In this document: piece by piece, positions 1 through 9,184 of the stretch
Layout: each line of letters starts with the position of its first letter
Numbering within the stretch: the first letter of the stretch is position 1
Source: Candidatus Gastranaerophilales bacterium
GTDB lineage: Bacteria; Cyanobacteriota; Vampirovibrionia; Gastranaerophilales; Gastranaerophilaceae
DNA length: 64,000 nt
Direction: 5' to 3'
NCBI GenBank assembly: GCA_947588745.1
Contig: CANPYW010000008.1
Location: 446 to 64,445 of the forward strand
Program-made: the position numbers and the translations under genes
The notes under the pieces: generated by a model
Database searches by the model: none
What the model was told of the DNA's origin: nothing
The model's input: the letters and a program-made list of their open reading frames with translations, nothing else

Positions 1-877
1 CCAGCAAATCGGCAAGTATTCCGAATATACACGTTTGAAAACCCGTTATAACAAGTATTGAAGCAAAAATTAATGATTGAATATGCCCGCTGCCATTATC
101 TATCAGATAATAGATTATAAATCTGGTTAACAATGTAAACCCGCATAACAATATAAAGCCGCCTATCATTGCAAAAAATCTAAACGGTCTATATATTATA
201 AACATCCTTAATATTGTAAAAGAATTTTTTTGTATATATGAAAAAATATTTTTTACCAATCTTGATTTTCTGTAACAGGAATTAACCCTTACAGGAACAG
301 AAACAATATGCAATCCTTTTGTTTTAGACTGAATTACCGTTTCTATTGTATAAGTATAATTATCAAATACGTTTATGGACAATGCGGCATCTCTTGAAAA
401 TGCCCTAAATCCGCTTGGTACATCATCTGTTGCAGTAGAACTCAATAAACGAACTACTTTTGAACCTAAAAACTGCAAAAACTTTTTTAGCGGAGAAAAC
501 TGTTTCATATCTTTTATGGGCCTTGCACCAATTACAATATCTGCCTTCTTTTCTAAAATAGGCTTTATTAGTTTTTCTATATCATCAGCACAATACTGGT
601 TATCTGCATCCGTATTAACGATTATATCAGCACCTTCCAATATCGCCTTTTGAAGCCCTGCAACAAAAGTTCTTGCCAACCCTCTATGATGAGTAGTTGT
701 AACTATATGTTTTACACCGTACTCTTTTGCTATTTCAACGGTTCTGTCACTACTTCCGTCATCAGAAATTAATACTTCAATTTCATCAATTCCTTCAATT
801 TTTTGAGGCAATTGAGATAATGTAACTGGAAGTGCTACTTCTTCATTATAACATGGTATCTGAATTATTAATTTCAT
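1..877 (-). CDS. Glycosyltransferase family 2 (polyprenyl-phosphate sugar synthase, Dpm1/ArnC-like); C-terminus runs off the left window edge
   Basis: Absent from the ORF track because no stop lies in the window. Manual reverse-strand translation from ATG 877-875 is open to base 1: MKLIIQIPCYNEEVALPVTLSQLPQKIEGIDEIEVLISDDGSSDRTVEIAKEYG...IVNTDADNQYCADD...PSGFRAFSRDA...RFFAMIGGFILLCGF... This is the GT-A/GT2 layout (CYNEE, DDGSSD, TDAD) followed by C-terminal hydrophobic helices. Confidence 0.75.
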   Translation of the reverse strand, partial: MKLIIQIPCYNEEVALPVTLSQLPQKIEGIDEIEVLISDDGSSDRTVEIAKEYGVKHIVTTTHHRGLARTFVAGLQKAILEGADIIVNTDADNQYCADDIEKLIKPILEKKADIVIGARPIKDMKQFSPLKKFLQFLGSKVVRLLSSTATDDVPSGFRAFSRDAALSINVFDNYTYTIETVIQSKTKGLHIVSVPVRVNSCYRKSRLVKNIFSYIQKNSFTILRMFIIYRPFRFFAMIGGFILLCGFTLLTRFIIYYLIDNGSGHIQSLIFASILVITGFQTCIFGILADLL

Positions 878-936
878 ACTATCCATTCATATATATGATA
901 AAATTATTTTGTAAATTTATAATACTATACTTTATC

Positions 937-2613
937 ATGAAAAATAATACTTTTTTTAATCTATTTATTATACTATCTATTGCAATTTTATTCAGATTTT
1001 ACTTTTTGGATAAACCGGAAGGGCTTTGGAATGATGAATACGTAAGCTGGTATATTGCCTCAATTAAAGATATTAATCTTTTTATTCAAAAAATGCTTCA
1101 AAATTGTCATACCATATTTTACTATCTCTACCTTAAATTATGGATGTTTATATTCCCCGATACGGATTTATCATTAAGAATTTCTTCAGTTGTTCCTTCT
1201 TTAATAAGTATTCCCGTTATGTACCTGATAGGAAAAGAATTAAATGACAAAAAAACGGGAATATTATGTGCTTTTCTTACTGCGATAAGTTCTTTTCACA
1301 TATATTTTGCACAAGAAGTAAGATTATACAGCATTTTGTTTTTATTCACAGCTTTTTCAGTTTTATACTTCATTAAATCCGCTAAATCACCCGATAAAAA
1401 AAATATTCTATTATTCATACTTTTTCAATCATTAATAACTATTACGCATACACTGGGAGTTATATATTCATTCTTTTCCATTTTCGCTCTTATTATATAT
1501 CTGCACAAATATACAGATTTTTATAAAAACAAAACTACTATAATTAAATATATTCTTCCTTATACTATTGCCGTTATATTATTAATTCCCACTGTTTATT
1601 CAATAATTAAATTAAATTCCATTTCTCAGTTTTGGTCAGGATTTTCTTTTGCAAAAATAATATTTAATTTTGTTGATTATTTTTCTCCAATACAAACAAA
1701 TATCATTAACACTCCAAATTCTGCACTCTCTTTCATATATAAAGATAATTCAGTTAAATACATCTTCATAATATTCGGGCTTTTACCCGCATTTTTAGCA
1801 TTCATAGGTCTTTACAACGGCATAAAGCAAAAAAATATTATACTTAACAATCTTTTAGTATCATCTTTTTTATTTTTTCTTACGCTTATTATACTTTCAG
1901 CTTTCCATAAAATGATTTTAATTACAAAATACTCAGCAGAAATTTACCCTTCGCTACTGCTCGGATTATCCTTCGGACTCATTTCCGTAAAAAAACAAAA
2001 GCTCAAAATAGCTGCTACAGTATTATTTATCTTCCTTAATTTATTTTATCTTCTAACTGCCTCTGATGCCGTACATAAAAGAAACAGACGTGAAGGCAAC
2101 AAAATTGTAGCCGAGCTTATTAAACAATCAAGACTTAAAAAGAATGATATTATACTTTTAACCTATTATGACGTTGATAAATTCGAAAGATATCTGGATA
2201 ATAAAGACCAATATCGTTTTCTTTCAATCAGCAAATATAATTTTAATTACTTTTTATTTGACGGAGAAGACTACAAACAGCTTCAAAAAAACGGCAAATA
2301 TGAACATATTGATTACTTTAGAGAATTTCCAAACAGTCAAATACTTGATTTTTCAAAGAATTTTATTTCAAATAAAATGGAACTAGGAGACAGAGTTGGT
2401 ATTGTATTTTTAAATACCGTTTCTTTTCTGACAAATGAAACTATTCAAGATATATTATCTGATGAAAAGAAACTTAAATATACTCCCTTTATATTTCTGG
2501 TATTCTCTACATTTAAAAACAATATAATGTACTCGCTGAAAGACAGATATAAAATAGACAGCATTACGGATTACGGCGATTGGACGCTCGTTGTATACGA
2601 AAAAATTTACTGA
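937..2613 (+). CDS. Polytopic GT-C superfamily glycosyltransferase (GT39 / ArnT / PMT-like)
   Basis: ORF 832..2613 trimmed to the first ATG (937, MKNNTFFNLFIIL...), since 832 is a GTG. It has about 10-12 hydrophobic helices in the first ~400 aa, a DE motif in the first loop (GLWNDEYVSWY) and a soluble C-terminal ~170 aa. It is divergently paired with the GT2 gene. Confidence 0.65.
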   Translation: MKNNTFFNLFIILSIAILFRFYFLDKPEGLWNDEYVSWYIASIKDINLFIQKMLQNCHTIFYYLYLKLWMFIFPDTDLSLRISSVVPSLISIPVMYLIGKELNDKKTGILCAFLTAISSFHIYFAQEVRLYSILFLFTAFSVLYFIKSAKSPDKKNILLFILFQSLITITHTLGVIYSFFSIFALIIYLHKYTDFYKNKTTIIKYILPYTIAVILLIPTVYSIIKLNSISQFWSGFSFAKIIFNFVDYFSPIQTNIINTPNSALSFIYKDNSVKYIFIIFGLLPAFLAFIGLYNGIKQKNIILNNLLVSSFLFFLTLIILSAFHKMILITKYSAEIYPSLLLGLSFGLISVKKQKLKIAATVLFIFLNLFYLLTASDAVHKRNRREGNKIVAELIKQSRLKKNDIILLTYYDVDKFERYLDNKDQYRFLSISKYNFNYFLFDGEDYKQLQKNGKYEHIDYFREFPNSQILDFSKNFISNKMELGDRVGIVFLNTVSFLTNETIQDILSDEKKLKYTPFIFLVFSTFKNNIMYSLKDRYKIDSITDYGDWTLVVYEKIY

Positions 2614-2614
2614 T

Positions 2615-5035
2615 TTAATCGGGTGATGTTAAATTTTCAATTGCACTTAATTGAGAATTTATATAATTTTGCAGGTTTATAGGATAATTCTTTTTATCAG
2701 TTGATTTAACGTATACTTTGGCATCTTCCCTTGCTAATTCCAGTATATACAAATCTTTTGTCAAATCGGCAAGATGTAATTCGGCAAGACCACTTTGTCT
2801 TACACCTAATACTTCACCCGGGCCTCTTATTTCCAAATCTTTTTCAGCAATTACAAATCCGTCATTTGTTTGAACAAGAACGTTTAATCTGTGCAACGTA
2901 TCTTCATTCTTTGTTGAGGATACAAGTAAACAATACGATTGAATACTGCTTCTTCCAACCCTTCCTCTTAACTGATGCAATTGCGATAAACCAAAACGTT
3001 CGGCATTTTCTATTACAATTACAGTCGCATTAGGAACATCAACCCCAACTTCTACTACAGTTGTACATACAAGAACATCATATTCTTTATTTTTAAAGTC
3101 CTGCATTACTTTATCTTTTTCATCTGTTTTCATTTTTCCATGCAATAATCCGACTTTTAAATCCGAAAACACACCCGATTGAAGCTCTTCAGCTTCTTTT
3201 GTTGCCGCTTTTGCGGATAATGTTTCCGACTCGTCAATCAACGGGAATACAATATATGCCTGATGTCCTTTTTCAACTTCTTCTCTTATAAGATTTAAAG
3301 CTTTTTTTCTTTGAGATAAAGGCAATAATGCCGTTTTTACGGGTTTTCTTCCCTTCGGAAGCTCATCTATTATAGTTAAATCCAAATCACCATGCACAGT
3401 TAAAGCAAGTGTTCTCGGAATAGGTGTAGCTGTCATTGTGAGCATTTGAGGAATTTTTGCTTTTGTTTTCAACATATTACGCTGTTTCACGCCAAATCTG
3501 TGTTGTTCGTCAATTACTATAGCACCTAAATTCTTAAATTCTATATTATCCTGTATCAATGAATGAGTGCCGACTGCAATATTTATTTGTCCATTTCTCA
3601 AATCCTGTTCGAGCTTTAATCTTTGTTTTTTTGTATTTGACGATGTAAATAATGCACAATTTATACCCATAGGAGCTAACCAGTTTATAAAATTATTAAA
3701 ATGCTGCTGTGCCAATATTTCAGTCGGTGCCATGATAGCTGCCTGAAAACCGTTTTCGATGGCGGCTAAAAGCATTATACACGCAACCACTGTTTTTCCG
3801 CTTCCGACATCACCCTGCAATAATCTTTGCATGGGTTTATCGGAGTTTATGTCATTTAATATTTCGTTTACCGCTCTTTTCTGTGCAGAAGTTAATTCAA
3901 ACGGCAAACCATTTATAAACCTTTTTACAAGTCCGTCATCTTTTATATTTAAAGCTACAGTTTCTATACTTCCCGTATTATAATCTCTTATTGAAAGAAG
4001 CTTTATCTGCATTAGAAAAAGTTCTTCATACACAAGAGTAAATCTTGCCTTTTCAAGCTCTTCCTGATTAGCCGGAAAATGAATAATTTCTATTGCATCT
4101 TTTCTGTTATACATCTGATATTTTTTTATAAATTCTTCCGGAACGATATTTTCTATTTTATTTTTATATATTTCTATAGCATTATAAATCGCCTTTCTCA
4201 ATGCTTTTATGTTCAAATTTTCAACAAGAGGGTAAACAGGAACAATTCTTCCCAAATTAAGGTTATCATTTCCCGACATTTCTTCATTTACTATCTGAAA
4301 TTGAGGCTTATCTATCGTTATTTGTTTTGCATAATCATCATATTTGACACAGCCCGAAACAATTATCCCGGATCTTAACGGGAACTGAGATTTATACCTT
4401 TCAATTGAATATCTGTTAATTTTTGAATAGAAAAAATTGAGTTCAAATGAACCTGATTCATCAGCTATTCCGACTTTTATAATCGTTAAGTTTTTTTTAG
4501 TTGTATAAGTTTTTAAAGAGGAAATTCGTCCGTAAACCGTTACATTTTGTCCGATTTTTAAATCCCTTATCAAAGAACGGGATGAATAATCTATATATTT
4601 TTTTGGGAAATAACTTATTAAATCAAAAACGGAAAATATTCCCAATTTATTTAATAAATATCCGAATTTAGGGCCAACCCCTTTCAACATGATAACATCG
4701 GCATCATATAAAGAAATATTTTCATTGAAACTCTCTTTTTTATCATTTTGTACAGCATTGCCGTTAATTTCTTTTTTTAATACTGTCACAAATTGCATAA
4801 TTGTCTTTTTTCGTCTAAGCATATTTTCTTGAGAATAATATTCAAATGCCTCTATTACAGGAAGCCATTTTGCATTTTTTCCGGATAATTTATATATTTG
4901 ACGAAGCTGTTTAAGCATAAATCCCGAAAAAGCATTCTCTTTACCCATTATGTTTATGTATTTATATTTTTCTTCTACCTGAATGGCACGTTTTATCTGT
5001 TCTACATCAATTTTATCTAAATAATTATCTTTCAT
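2615..5035 (-). CDS. recG: ATP-dependent DNA helicase RecG (long form with ~115 aa N-terminal extension)
   Basis: 806 aa. Contains LKGVGPKFGYLLNKLGIFSVFDLISYFPKKY (RecG N-terminal signature), an OB wedge region, Walker A GDVGSGKT, DEQHRFGV, TATPIPRT and HQLRGRVGR. Confidence 0.9.
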   Translation of the reverse strand: MKDNYLDKIDVEQIKRAIQVEEKYKYINIMGKENAFSGFMLKQLRQIYKLSGKNAKWLPVIEAFEYYSQENMLRRKKTIMQFVTVLKKEINGNAVQNDKKESFNENISLYDADVIMLKGVGPKFGYLLNKLGIFSVFDLISYFPKKYIDYSSRSLIRDLKIGQNVTVYGRISSLKTYTTKKNLTIIKVGIADESGSFELNFFYSKINRYSIERYKSQFPLRSGIIVSGCVKYDDYAKQITIDKPQFQIVNEEMSGNDNLNLGRIVPVYPLVENLNIKALRKAIYNAIEIYKNKIENIVPEEFIKKYQMYNRKDAIEIIHFPANQEELEKARFTLVYEELFLMQIKLLSIRDYNTGSIETVALNIKDDGLVKRFINGLPFELTSAQKRAVNEILNDINSDKPMQRLLQGDVGSGKTVVACIMLLAAIENGFQAAIMAPTEILAQQHFNNFINWLAPMGINCALFTSSNTKKQRLKLEQDLRNGQINIAVGTHSLIQDNIEFKNLGAIVIDEQHRFGVKQRNMLKTKAKIPQMLTMTATPIPRTLALTVHGDLDLTIIDELPKGRKPVKTALLPLSQRKKALNLIREEVEKGHQAYIVFPLIDESETLSAKAATKEAEELQSGVFSDLKVGLLHGKMKTDEKDKVMQDFKNKEYDVLVCTTVVEVGVDVPNATVIVIENAERFGLSQLHQLRGRVGRSSIQSYCLLVSSTKNEDTLHRLNVLVQTNDGFVIAEKDLEIRGPGEVLGVRQSGLAELHLADLTKDLYILELAREDAKVYVKSTDKKNYPINLQNYINSQLSAIENLTSPD

Positions 5036-7001
5036 TATTTTTTATTCTTAAAACTTCATATATATCAATATGTTTTGATTTTCCCTTGAAACCTATATCA
5101 GTTAATTTTACTACTTCAACATAATCTTTTACATAATTATATGTATATTCTGAAATCAAAAACTGAGTTCTTAATATATGATTATACGACTCAATTCGAT
5201 ATGCAAGATTTACGTTATCACCAATTACGGTATATTCCAAACGGTCATCCGTACCTATATTACCAGCAAAAACCTCACCGGTATTTACTCCTATTCCAAC
5301 GGATATTACAGGTTTTCCTTCTTCTTGAAATTTATTTCTCAACACTTTGACACTTTCAAGAATTTCAAACCCGCACTTTACAGCATTTATTGAATGATTT
5401 TTATCTTCTATAGGTTCACCAAAAATTGCAAGCACTCCGTCACCCATATATTTATTCACTATTCCGTTATAACTTTCTATTATCGGTTCAATTGTGGAAA
5501 AATATTCGTTTAATATGGCTGATACTTCCTGTGGTGATATATTTTCCGATATTTGAGTAAAATTACGAATATCAACAAATAAAAGCGTAACAACCGTTCT
5601 TATTCCACCGGGTTTTAATTTATCTACATCAGCTATTACTTTTTTCATTACATCTTTTGATAAATATTTACCCATTGCATTTTTTATCATCTCAGTTGTT
5701 TTATCAACTGTAACGATTGAATATATATGTTTAAAAACAGCAACAAAAAATATTGTTATTACAGGTGTAATTGAAGATATATAAATTCCGTTAATATATT
5801 CATATACATAATAGAGCAAATATATTAAAGATAAAATGCCCGCAAATAAAAGATTATAAGAAAATCTTCTAAACCCTCTTATTACAAACATACAGAATAC
5901 AAATGTTATAACGATTGTAAAATCTTTATTTATAAGAGTTCGAAAAGAGTTATTAAGCATATTATCAATAGTAGTTGCAAGAACATCAATATCTGCAGTT
6001 TTTGCTGAAACAGGAGTTTCACTCCACTGTTCCCATATATTATTATCAGCATTCAAACCAACAATTACAATTTTGTCTTTGAACGCATTCAAATCTATTA
6101 CCGGTTCTTCACCATTTTTTATATTCTCATAAGATTTTAAAACATCATAAGCAGAATAAGTTTTATGTGAATAATATTTTTTTATAGGCTTATACCAATC
6201 ATAAAAAGTTTGATATGAATATATTGAATTTCCCATATAATCCGTAATTTTTCGATAAGTCAAAGGAATTTTCAGAGTCTTACAATCATCGTTTGAACAT
6301 AAATAATTATCAGTCAAAACAAATTCATTTTGATTTACAGCAGCAGAATACGCTTTTAAAGCAAGTGAGGGATAAAATTTATCCTCCAATTTTACAACAG
6401 GAATAGCACTTCTAACAATTCCGTCATCATCTTCGGGCAGAATAGAAGCAGCAAGATTATTTGTATTTTCAAGATATTCCTTTGGCAGCTTTATTACCGC
6501 CTTATATGCAGGTGTTTTTTTATAAACTCGTTCATCAATTATCTTTATATTATTTTTTAAATCAAATATTGATTTGTATTCTTTTGGAAGAATTTCGCCC
6601 GATAAAGGTGAATTTAAAAGTACATAACTGTTTATAAGCTTTTTTTGATTTTTTAAACGATTATAAAATTCAATATCACTATCTAAATTATAAGTATCCG
6701 GAAACAATATTAAATTATCAAAAACAATAACTTTTGCACCCGCATCATTTTCCAAGAAATCAAAAATATTTGAATATAAATTTTTAGTCCATGGCCAGGG
6801 TATTTTACTGACAGATTTATCATCTATAACAACTAAAACAACATCATTATTATTTTTTGAGTTCTTTACATAAGTCAGCATTTTAATAAATTTGTCATTC
6901 ACTTTAACATCTATATACCGCAACGAAAAACAGTATACAAAAACTGTCAAGACAAGAAAAATGATAAAAATTATGAACTTTGAGCCAAATAAATCTTTCA
7001 T
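5025..7001 (-). CDS. CHASE2-domain membrane sensor fused to a class III adenylate/guanylate cyclase
   Basis: 658 aa. N-terminal TM helix, ~330 aa extracytoplasmic region, three TM helices, then a cyclase domain (LLFVDIRNFTQISE, YMGDGVLAIFG, GVNTGEVFAGNIG, YTVIGDNVNLAYRIES). The stop overlaps the recG start by 11 nt. Confidence 0.85.
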   Translation of the reverse strand: MKDLFGSKFIIFIIFLVLTVFVYCFSLRYIDVKVNDKFIKMLTYVKNSKNNNDVVLVVIDDKSVSKIPWPWTKNLYSNIFDFLENDAGAKVIVFDNLILFPDTYNLDSDIEFYNRLKNQKKLINSYVLLNSPLSGEILPKEYKSIFDLKNNIKIIDERVYKKTPAYKAVIKLPKEYLENTNNLAASILPEDDDGIVRSAIPVVKLEDKFYPSLALKAYSAAVNQNEFVLTDNYLCSNDDCKTLKIPLTYRKITDYMGNSIYSYQTFYDWYKPIKKYYSHKTYSAYDVLKSYENIKNGEEPVIDLNAFKDKIVIVGLNADNNIWEQWSETPVSAKTADIDVLATTIDNMLNNSFRTLINKDFTIVITFVFCMFVIRGFRRFSYNLLFAGILSLIYLLYYVYEYINGIYISSITPVITIFFVAVFKHIYSIVTVDKTTEMIKNAMGKYLSKDVMKKVIADVDKLKPGGIRTVVTLLFVDIRNFTQISENISPQEVSAILNEYFSTIEPIIESYNGIVNKYMGDGVLAIFGEPIEDKNHSINAVKCGFEILESVKVLRNKFQEEGKPVISVGIGVNTGEVFAGNIGTDDRLEYTVIGDNVNLAYRIESYNHILRTQFLISEYTYNYVKDYVEVVKLTDIGFKGKSKHIDIYEVLRIKNNER

Positions 7002-7104
7002 ATTTACATTTTATAATGAGCTTTTCATTTTGCAAAAAAGTTAAGAAATCATAATTGCTATTTAAGCTATAGCTTTGATATAATAAAAATGATTGGAGAT
7101 TTTA

Positions 7105-7863
7105 ATGACAATTACTATTGCAGTTACAGGAAAAAGCGGAAGCGGGAAAACAACTGTCACAAAAGCATTGTGGCGTGTTATTAAGGAAAAAAATCCTCAA
7201 AAATCAGTTCTGCTTTTTGATAATGATTTAACTTCAGAACTTGCACACAGCTTCGGTAAAGACATCAGGCAGACCATTTACGGCATAAGAAGCGGCAAGC
7301 ACGAATACAAAACCGGCATTCCCGAAAACATGACAAAACAGGAATATATAGAATGGGCTCTTGAAGATATTCTGGTATCTATTGATGATACAACAGACAT
7401 TATAGTTTCTTGGCTGATAGGTTCAAAAGATTGCAGATGCCCTATCACAAAGCAAATTAACGATGCCCTCGTAAAACTTTTTAAACGATATGATTATGTT
7501 ATATTTGACTGCGAATTTGATTTAAAATATCTTCACCAGCTTGTTGATACACCTATAAACGTTACTCTCGTAATCGCAAGACCGAATGAAGCTTCTATAC
7601 ATCTTGCTAAACGTATTGAAGAATACAGCGAAAAATATGCGGCAGGCGAACAATTAGGCGTTGTTCTAAATAAAGTAAGCAAGCAAGATACAGAACCACT
7701 GTTAAGCATGCTTCACAAATATGATTTAACGACATTAGGCACAATTCCGAGAGATGACGAATTAAAATTAAACAGAATTTCCAAGAATTCCAAAGTAGTT
7801 GAAAATGCTATAGAACAGTTATATTTCAGGTTAAATATTCCTCAAAATGAGGATTTGAGATGA
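7105..7863 (+). CDS. CooC/MinD-family P-loop NTPase with a CxC motif (putative metallocentre maturation ATPase)
   Basis: ORF 7093 (TTG) trimmed to ATG 7105, with GGAG 7 nt upstream. Deviant Walker A AVTGKSGSGKTT. CRC motif at 7432-7440 (GSKDCRCPITK) in the position of the CooC Ni-binding CxC. Walker B-like YVIFDCE. The stop overlaps the folD start (ATGA). Confidence 0.55.
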   Translation: MTITIAVTGKSGSGKTTVTKALWRVIKEKNPQKSVLLFDNDLTSELAHSFGKDIRQTIYGIRSGKHEYKTGIPENMTKQEYIEWALEDILVSIDDTTDIIVSWLIGSKDCRCPITKQINDALVKLFKRYDYVIFDCEFDLKYLHQLVDTPINVTLVIARPNEASIHLAKRIEEYSEKYAAGEQLGVVLNKVSKQDTEPLLSMLHKYDLTTLGTIPRDDELKLNRISKNSKVVENAIEQLYFRLNIPQNEDLR

Positions 7864-8711
7864 CAACAATTTTAAACGGCAAATTATACGCTGATATAAT
7901 AATTGAACAACTTAAAACAAAAGTTGAAAAAGAACAAAAAAAGCCTAAACTTGCAGTTATACTTGTCGGAAATAATCCAGCAAGCGAAATTTATGTTAGA
8001 AATAAACAAAAAAAAGCACAATATATAGGTTTCGAATCTGTTGTAATAACTCTTGAAAATAATATTTCAGAAGAAAATTTATTAGAACAGATATACATCT
8101 TAAATGAAGATACAAACATTAATGCAATATTAGTCCAGCTTCCGCTCCCGCAGCACATACAAACAAAAAAGATAACAGAAGCCATTGACCCGATTAAAGA
8201 TGTTGACGGTTTCACATCATATAACTTTGGACGACTTATACTCGGATATAAACCCTACTCAATTCCTTGCACCCCAAAAGGGATTATCAAGCTTTTAAAA
8301 TATTACAACATTGATATGGCCGGGAAAAATACAGTTGTAATAGGGCGTTCTAATATTGTCGGGAAACCCGTTTCAATCCTTTTAGAGCAGGAAAATGCAA
8401 CTGTTACCGTTGCACACAGTCACACAAACAATTTAAAAGATTTAACCTTACACGCAGATATACTTATTAGTGCTATAGGCAAAGCTAAATTCATCACTTC
8501 TGAATTTATAAAAAACAATTCAGTTATAATCGATGTAGGTATAAATAGAACTGAAAACGGACTTTGCGGTGATGTAGATTATGAAAATGTATATAAAAAA
8601 GCGGCATTTATCACCCCCGTACCCGGAGGTATAGGCCCTATGACGATCGCTATGCTTATGGAAAATACTTTTGAATTATTTAAACTTCAGCAGAATTATT
8701 TAGTTTTGTAA
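7860..8711 (+). CDS. folD: Bifunctional 5,10-methylene-THF dehydrogenase / methenyl-THF cyclohydrolase
   Basis: 283 aa. Contains LAVILVGNNPASEIYVRNKQK, LVQLPLP, KDVDGF, GRSNIVGKPV and PVPGGIGPMT. Confidence 0.92.
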   Translation: MTTILNGKLYADIIIEQLKTKVEKEQKKPKLAVILVGNNPASEIYVRNKQKKAQYIGFESVVITLENNISEENLLEQIYILNEDTNINAILVQLPLPQHIQTKKITEAIDPIKDVDGFTSYNFGRLILGYKPYSIPCTPKGIIKLLKYYNIDMAGKNTVVIGRSNIVGKPVSILLEQENATVTVAHSHTNNLKDLTLHADILISAIGKAKFITSEFIKNNSVIIDVGINRTENGLCGDVDYENVYKKAAFITPVPGGIGPMTIAMLMENTFELFKLQQNYLVL

Positions 8712-8865
8712 ACTGTTTATAATAACTATGAATACTGGTATTCCGAATTAGCTATATCTAAATTATTTTTATTTTATATATAAATAGGTTTAAAAAATCA
8801 AATAAACTGGCATTATAAAATTGTGTTATGCGAGATGTGAACTTGCAAACAAAAGTCAGGAAATT

Positions 8866-9138
8866 ATGATATTAGAATACAAAGTTAATGATTTACACGT
8901 ACAAGCAGCATGGCTCAAAACATTATATGATTTGGTTGAAGAACTGAATTGCAAATGCCAAACATATATAGATGAGTCGTACAATCGAAAGAACAAAAAT
9001 TTTGACAGAATGCGAACAATCAAAATTTATGGTTCTGATACTATGCTAAGCTGGTTTAAGTTAAGAATGGAAAGATATGCACACTTCATTTTTAACTTTA
9101 ATGAACAGCCTGATATAAAAAGTGAATTTATAGAATAA
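8866..9138 (+). CDS. Hypothetical protein (90 aa)
   Basis: ORF 8821 (TTG) trimmed to ATG 8866, preceded by AGGAAATT. No recognisable motif. Followed by a strong terminator hairpin. Confidence 0.3.
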   Translation: MILEYKVNDLHVQAAWLKTLYDLVEELNCKCQTYIDESYNRKNKNFDRMRTIKIYGSDTMLSWFKLRMERYAHFIFNFNEQPDIKSEFIE

Positions 9139-9156
9139 AATAGATAGTTGTTTAGT

Positions 9157-9184
9157 AAAACTCAAGAAATTTCTTGAGTTTTTT
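9157..9184. terminator. Bidirectional rho-independent terminator between convergent genes
   Basis: AAAACTCAAGAAATTTCTTGAGTTTTTT. Perfect palindrome CTCAAGA/TCTTGAG extended by A4/T4 and flanked by A and T runs on both sides. Confidence 0.65.

Noticed and set aside
375-653. 92-aa plus-strand ORF in the ORF track
   Set aside because: It lies entirely antisense to the GT2 glycosyltransferase frame, which is open from 877 to 1 and carries clear GT2 motifs. It is a shadow ORF.
832-936. N-terminal 35-aa extension of the GT-C protein from a GTG start
   Set aside because: It would overlap the divergent GT2 start (877). The first ATG (937) begins a typical short cytoplasmic N-terminus followed by TM1.
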